64,000 nt of DNA from the human T2T-CHM13v2.0 reference genome, Homo sapiens. Under the pieces are notes generated by a model. It saw only the letters and a list, made by a program, of their open reading frames with translations, ran no database searches and was not told the DNA's origin. The translations under genes and the position numbers were made by a program. Where the stretch lies: assembly GCF_009914755.1 (NCBI RefSeq), contig NC_060937.1, one strand, 5' to 3'. The stretch's first letter is position 1; the number at the start of each line of letters is the position of its first letter. Shown one piece after another: positions 57,064 through 64,000 of the stretch.

Positions 57064-59449
57064 ATTTTCCAAGAAACCATAAAGTATCCAGAGACCTAAC
57101 AAAACTCAACTGACCACAGGGGGCCATTCAGTCTGAGACACATTCCTACAGCTACAGAAGCAGAACTAAAGTCAGTCAAAGGCCAAAGATACAATCAGAG
57201 AAATGTCAGTTTGAAAAATAGTGAGAGAAAGTAGTATGTGATATGTGTTTCAGAAAGTCCTTGGCATTTGCTTGGATAAAAACTTAATGGCTTTAGCACA
57301 GTTGCCATTTTCTTTTTAGACAGATTCAGAGAAGAACAGGCAGACAGTAATGGAGCAGGGAGCAATGACCAGAGGGGCCGTTTTGTCCTTGGCAATGAGA
57401 GAAGATGGCATCCTGAGCAACCACAGAGGACAATGCCTTCATTTTATCAAAAGACCAAGTTGAATACACCAGGGAAGATAAGAAAGCCCCCACTGAGACA
57501 TCCTGTTTGTTAGTTTGTTTTTAATAAATTATGAGAAAAAGCAAAATTTTGGGATAAAAGTGGGAAAGCAATTATAGGGGGAGAAAAGAACTGAGCAAAA
57601 GTGTTAAGCCAATGCTGAGGAGAGTGGACAAGTAGGATTAGTAAAGAAAACCAGCGATAGCACTGGACAGTTTTGAACAAATCATGTATTTATTTTTCAA
57701 GTAATGTATGCCTGCATGGAGAAAGAACCTGCACTTACAAGAGGAGAGGACAAAAGAGAGAGGAAAACACAGATTTGAGTATTTACAATAATTAATCTGA
57801 AATCTAACATAGATAAAGATGAGAATAAGGAGAGCTTGTAGATGAAGAGTCAAGAAAATGCTTTTCTAATGGAGCACCATGAATTTGCTGTTTTGATTAA
57901 GCTGAAAGTTGGAACACTGAGGAGTATGGAAAACACCTAATAAGCCTCATCACTTAGAATACCTTCCCAATAGTATTAGTTTATTTCCAGTTCATGATGA
58001 AAAATGTGGAACCTCAACTGAGTACATTTTTGATTGAACAACTGATTAAACCCCAAATAAAGTGCTGCATTATTATTATTATATGTCCTGCAAATAAATG
58101 CTCATAGCTAAATTTCATGCAGAAGCAGCACAATTCTCATTAATATAATAATACAATCAGGACAGGTTTTTAAAAAAATTTAGCATTAGCTATGCCGTCA
58201 GCTATATGAATTTTAGACTGCATAGTTCTTCTTTTAATGCGAAACATATAGACTATATGCTATTCAGTTTCTTGCTAATGATATCAAATTTGATTTCTCT
58301 GCTATTCAAGTCCTTTCAAAAGTCTGCTGATGCAGCTGACTTCTGAGAGGAAGTGCATGAATGGGTTTGTTCTTGATGCTCAAAAATTTCCAAGATGCAT
58401 GCTTGTATTAAGTTAGCTCACTGGAAATGATATACCTGAAGCACACCACCTGAATCCCATCCCCACCACCGAACTGCCTCTGCAGAACTAAGTGTTGGTG
58501 TTTGTGCTGTCTCCACTCAGAGGTGCTATTAAAATAGGAAAAAGAGAAAAATGTCTCTTTTTATTAAGAGTCCAGTTAATTTTGATGCTGACTGCACCTC
58601 CGTGCAGAAGCCCCCATGATAGATCAGTCTAAGAGGCTCACCAATGAAAGACTACTTCTCTCCATGCAAGAGACGAGTTCTGGCTCCCAGACAATGAAAG
58701 TTCTCTCTCCCACATGTTAGGGAACTTATTTGCCCTGTCTGCTCAGTTCCTCACCTTTTTCCTTGCCCTTGGTTCTTTCCCTTGTTTATTTCTTATTCTG
58801 TTCTTTCTTTTTTTTTGTTTTCTAAATTTAGTGTAGACCTCCTCAGATTGATTTTGTAACAGCAGATCTACATTAACATAACATAGTAAGGCAACAGCTT
58901 ATCGTTTGATTCCATCTGGCATCATCAAATGAATTGTTCATTTTTATATCTTTAGTTTTGAAATGATTGTGCAACATCCGGAATATTTTAAAGGAAATCT
59001 TCGGTATACTGTTCTCCAAGATACATCAAAATATTAATACACTAAACATAGCCTGCTTAGATGTTTTGACTTTAAGGTAGTGATTCTGATCTGTGAAATT
59101 AGGAAAAATAAGCACTTACATTAGAATAGTTCATAGAATAGCTATTGTTGTGCTTTACATTTTCTTCATGTGAATTTTCTGTGTCACAATAAATTTAAAT
59201 GATTCAAGTTTTTAGATACTCAAACATGCATGTCTATTGGTTTGACAAGAATTTGAAAATCCAAGCTCCTCTGACTAACAATTTGGTATTGTGTTAGAGT
59301 GATAAATATAAATACTATATAAAAGCTATATTTGAAAAAATGTTAAATTTAATTTCTGTGGAATTTAAACAGACAGAAAAAAATGAGAAGTAAGCCAAAT
59401 ACTAATAGAAGTTTTTTTTGCTTTTTTTTTTAAATTTGTACTTATATAT

Positions 59450-60960
59450 CGTTTAAAAGAGAAAGCTAATTAAAAATAGGTAAAAATATTTTCCAATCCT
59501 AAGTCTCATTCTCCCTAGGGAATCAATCACAGATATTTCACGGTGTTTTCAGTTATTTAACTTTATATTTCTAAAGAACATGATTGATTATACTTCACCT
59601 TCTCCCTCCATTATCTCTCCCCTCTCTCCTTCTCTTCCTGCCAACTCTTCGTTTTCAATTCTAGGCATTGTCTATCGTCTGTGTCTAAAGCGTGTTTATA
59701 TTAGAAGATTGATATTAAATACCTTTTCTCATACTCAGTCCCAAATTGTTGTTTCCCTTCTGCTATACTCCTAATATAATCAGATTAGAATTTGTACGTA
59801 AATCCATATTTATTTTTTGTGTTATTATGACTTACAATTTTAATTCACAGCTCTTCTACATAGCGCATGAGGATTTCATTTTCGTTTTGGCAAATTTTAG
59901 TTTGTTTTTATTGGTTCATATATTTTTTTCATTTAGTCATATTGTTATTTTTTGTACTATGATTAATTAAATCCTAAACTTTTTGCCAGGAAAATAAAAA
60001 TGCCCCATCTATGTCTCAGAACTTTCACCCTTGGTCTTTCCATCATTGTCCTCCTGGTAATCTCCTTCTTATCTGTGCCTATGGGTGTGACGTGATGAAC
60101 CACTTCAATTCGTGTGGAACATCCTCTCCAAGATATCCCTTAGAAAGGGTGCACAGGACAATAATGCATTTTGGTATTATACATTTAGAAATGTCTTTAT
60201 TCTATCTTCAGTCTTGCATGATATTTTTCTTTTGTACAAGGATCATATTTCCTTAGAATATTCAATGCTTTACCTTATTGCCTTCTATTTTCTATTTTTG
60301 CTCTCAATAAATTCTGTAACATTTTGATTTCTGATCATTTTCCTTATTTCTCTCTATAAGCTTATTTAGGGAATTTTATTAATCATTAATTATTTTGAAA
60401 TTTATCTCGATACATCTTGGAATTAAACATTTAAAAATATTTATATTTTAAAATTATTCTGGATGCTGACTGTGGTTTATTAATCTGGATAATTTTCTTC
60501 TTCATTTCTGAGACATTTTTCTTATTATTTTTCTCCTGTTCATATTTTTTCTTTATTGAACTTGTTATTTGGATATTATACTCCTTGTAATGATTAATAT
60601 TCCCTATCGAATCTCTTTTGTTACTTGTCTCTGTGTTTTTCTAATTCTATTATTGGGTAAATATAATCAATTTTACATTCCAATGTCTGCTGTGACTTTT
60701 AAAAGCTTTTCTATCACACTGTTGGTTCCAAGTTCTTCTTTTGCTTTCTTTTTCCGTATCTAAGATTTTTCTCCAGTATTTCATGACTGATGGCTCATTG
60801 TTCAGATATGAGAGTGAGGCATTTAACATATTTGAAGTTCTGTGTGTCTGGGTGGAGACAGGACTTGTTTAATGTGTGGCCCTCGGTCTAGGCTGACTGG
60901 GCAGAGTCCTGGACATTTCTCAGAGGACCCTCAAGGTTTAGTACCCGGAGCGTTTTTTTT
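59450..60960 (-). mobile_element. Ancient L1 (L1M/L1ME-like) fragments
   Basis: long T-rich stretch with antisense L1 character; boundaries uncertain. Confidence 0.4.
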
Positions 60961-60982
60961 TTTTTTCCTAGAAAAATATAAT

Positions 60983-61406
60983 TGTTGCAAAACTTTCTTC
61001 TTAGTTCATCTAAATCTAGGTTCTTGTCACACAACCAGGAAAGATTAGGCTCACAGACACATAGAAGGGTGAGGAGTGAAATTTTTGGGGCAAAAAGGAT
61101 AAAGGAAAAATAACTCTCAGCAAAGCTAGAGAGAGTCTTGCTAGTAGGTTTTCCATCTCACAGATTGAATTCCAGGTCACCACCCAGGAACTGAAGAGGT
61201 CAGCCTCCTCCCGCTGTGAATGGCATGAACTTCCTGAGGCTCCACCCCATCCTCCCAGTGCACAGGTGGGCATTGTTCAGAGAGAATTAGTCAGGAAAGG
61301 GTGGGCTTCATCTAGGACGAGCAGTCCAGTTTTTCAGCCTTCAGGCTGTTTTAGGCTTGAAGGCAGGGTTTCACCAGGGATCCTTGGCTGTCTCCTGACG
61401 CTATCA
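60983..61406 (-). mobile_element. MER48-like ERV1 solo LTR
   Basis: reverse complement begins TGATAGCGTCAGGAGACAGCCAAGGATCCCTGGTGAAACCC and ends GAACTAAGAAGAAAGTTTTGCAACA. Confidence 0.8.
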
Positions 61407-61494
61407 TAAATTCCCCCAGAAAGAAGTTCTGCAATCACCTGCCCAGAAATTGCAAAAGTAGCTAAGAAGATTTGAGAGAAAAGCAGGTGAGTCA

Positions 61495-61640
61495 TGATCA
61501 ACTATATAATTTGGGGAACCCCTTGTTCAAAAATTACAAATGTCAAGACAGTGAGAACAGAATACTAAACTAAGACTGGGATTTTTCTAAGTATGAGCCC
61601 TGTGTGACTACACATGTTGCTCACGTATGAAGCCAGCTGT
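61495..61640 (-). mobile_element. MER45A-like hAT-Tip100 element
   Basis: CCCCTTGTTCAAAAATTA...TCAAGAC...GCCCTGTGTGACTACACA...ATGAAGCCAGC. Confidence 0.65.
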
Positions 61641-61696
61641 GAGGGAAACAAGCTGTGGGCAGACTTCTCATTATTCAGTATGCAGACTGTCAGATA

Positions 61697-62123
61697 TAGT
61701 CATGTACCGTATAGTGACTTTTCAATCCCATAAGATTATAACATAACATATATAGAAACATGCTATATGGCACTTGATATTGGTATTACAAATTAAGTAG
61801 GAGAAATAACTGATATTCAGTAATGGTGCTGGGACACTTTGTTTTTCACATATATATATATACACATATATATACGTGTATATATATACATATATATGTG
61901 TATATATATACAGATATATATATGTGTATATATACAGATATATATACGTGTATATATATACACATATATATGTGTGTGTATATATGTGTGTATATATATA
62001 TACACACATATATATATACACACACATATATATGTGTATATATATACACGTATATATACACACACATATATAAGTGTGTGTATATATATATATACACACA
62101 CATATTATACACACACATATATA

Positions 62124-62157
<34 letters not shown>

Positions 62158-62263
62158 CCATCTTGATTTGTGTAAGTATACTCTATGATGTTTGCATAAC
62201 AACAAAATCACCTGAGGATGCATTTCTCAGAACATATCCCCATCTTAAGCAATGCATTACTGT
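61697..62263. mobile_element. Tigger3 derivative (Tigger3c/d / MER7-like) containing an expanded TA/TG/CA repeat
   Basis: termini AGTCATG ... CATTTCTCAGAACATATCCCCATCTTAAGCAATGCATTACTGTA; TTTGTGTAAGTATACTCTATGATGTT. Confidence 0.75.
61847..62158. repeat. Alternating purine-pyrimidine (TA/TG/CA) minisatellite-like tract
   Basis: direct inspection. Confidence 0.95.
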
Positions 62264-62592
62264 AATCCCTATGTTGACCAGAACCTGATGCTGGGCACAT
62301 CAAAGTTTCTCTATTCCATCTCTCCAGAGAAAGCTCTCCTGTCACCTACTAGCAAGAGCCAAGGACAGTATTCTGGCTGTCCTGGGAGGGTAGTGGGGAA
62401 ATGGTTCTGAGGTCTAGTGTTCCTTATAAAAGAGTTACAATAAATTATCCTGGCTTCAGTCTCAGATAAATGTCTTTACTGCATTTAATCATAAATTGAA
62501 GAATTTTCATGAAAAAAACTGAATTAAAAATTGTTTGAAAACATTTTTAAATGTGATTTAATATTTCAGTTTACCTTAAGCGACTTTAATAT

Positions 62593-63121
62593 ACGGTGAA
62601 TTCTCATTATGTATGGTAGTTATGTTTTGTAAAGTCACTGAAAATAGTGAATTAATAAATACTGAGCCATTGCTCCTGGGGAATTACTGTCTATTCATAT
62701 ACTTATACATATTTCACATAGATTATACTTATAAATCCTAAAAGCAACTTACCCTGGTAGATTCAATTTTCTTTATTTTACAAAAAAGAAAACAAAATGT
62801 AAAAGTTTTAAGAGACTGGCCTGAGGCCTCCCACTAACAGCTGCCAGAATAGAGATTCAGATTCTCTCTTCCTGGCCCCAGAGCAGAAGCCTATTGTACT
62901 ACACTGCAGTGTCCCCTACTGTCTTTATCCTCTGGTCATCTCTGCATAAGAAATAAAACAGAAAGGCAAGCTTCAAATTTATCTACCTCCTCTCCTTCCA
63001 CTTTGTATGTCTGCAAATAGCTGTGAAAGTGTCACCAGAATTGGTTCTGGGGTTACAAATACATTTTAGCAAGTAGGCAAATTTGCAAATATAGAATCTG
63101 TGAATAATGAAGATTCATTGT
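62593..63121. mobile_element. Tigger-family fossil (Tigger9-like)
   Basis: degenerate TIRs: TA-CGGTGAATTCTCATTAT ... GAATAATGAAGATTCATTG-TA; GTAGTTATGTTTTGTAAAGTC. Confidence 0.65.
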
Positions 63122-63348
63122 ACATTTTTATTCTCCACAAAGATTACAAAGTGTATAATAGTCCATACATTTGTGTTACTTTGATACTCTTATTGTTGCT
63201 ATTGTTGTTACTCTTGTGTTTGCCACAGTGCATCAGTTGACAAATCATTAAATATGAAATCTTTGGTCAGTAGGCTTTCAAACAAATCTTTTCGTCTTAA
63301 AATTGTCAATAGTGTGCACTAAAAAGTGTCATTTAAACTACTGCAGGA

Positions 63349-63660
63349 GGCCAGGCGCAGTGGCTCATGCCTGTAATCCCAATGTTTTGGGAGGTCAAGG
63401 CAGGCAGATAACCTGTGGTCAGGAGTTGGAGACCAGCCTAGCCAACATGGTGAAACCTTGTCTCCACTAAAAATACAAAAATTACCCGGGCGTGCTGGCA
63501 TGTGCCTGTAGTCCCAGCTACTCAGGAGGCTGAGGCAGGACAATTGCTTGAACCTGGGACATTGCAGTGAGCTGAGATCGTGCCACTGCATTCAGCCTGG
63601 GCGACAGAGTGAGACTCCATCTCAAAAATAATAATAATATTAATAAAATTAAAATAATAA
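63349..63660 (+). mobile_element. AluS (Sx/Sz-like)
   Basis: full dimer; TSD TACTGCAGGA on both sides. Confidence 0.95.
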
Positions 63661-63977
63661 AATACTGCAGGAATCCCTTTGATGCTGAAATAATGGTCTA
63701 AATATGAATAAGAATAGGTACAGATTAAGAAGTTGGTTATTCAACAATTATTTTAATTTTTAATCATTTTATATTTTTCTTAGTCTGCTAGCTAGGAAAA
63801 TATTCAGTAATTATATCTTAATGAAATAGTTCTGACATTTTGATGGAAGGTTAAAAATAGAAAAAAAATCTCAGTTCCTCAAAATATTTGTAATATTTAT
63901 TTTGGACATGTAAAACATTTTTCAGCTAGAAAATGCAAATAATAAATACATTGTATTTTTTTTTAATAAAGCTTACA

Positions 63978-64000
63978 GGCTAGGTGTGGGGGTTTATGCC
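63978..64000 (+). mobile_element. Start of an Alu cut by the window edge
   Basis: GGCTAGGTGTGGGGGTTTATGCC resembles GGCCGGGCGCGGTGGCTCACGCC. Confidence 0.6.

Noticed and set aside
57111-57126. CTCF-like GACCACAGGGGGC
   Set aside because: One base short of the CCASYAGRKGGC core spacing
61722-62288. Several long Y/I/C/V/H/T ORFs on both strands
   Set aside because: Translation of the TA/TG/CA repeat, which lacks stop codons

Overview
AT-rich, CpG-depleted primate (human-like) non-coding DNA, either a gene desert or a very large intron. I can support no protein-coding gene, RNA gene or prokaryotic-type system. The listed ORFs derive from repeats (THE1-int, Alu, L1, MLT), from simple repeats, or from chance. 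The window holds the 3' end of an LTR12/ERV9 LTR, two full-length THE1 (ERVL-MaLR) elements in opposite orientation, and an internally deleted MST element. It also holds many solo LTRs (MLT1, MLT2, MST, THE1D, LTR16, MER48), about ten Alus, L1/L2/MIR relics and Tigger/hAT DNA transposon fossils. The most unusual signals are sub-repeat structures: a 45-bp fold-back hairpin inside an MLT1 LTR, several locally templated (inverted or direct) insertions inside old repeats, a perfect 32-bp palindrome and a ~116-bp quasi-palindrome in a TA/TG/CA tract. A few repeat-free, homeodomain-motif-rich blocks could be enhancers. Repeat subfamily names come from recalled consensus sequences, not from a database search, and boundaries of old elements are approximate.
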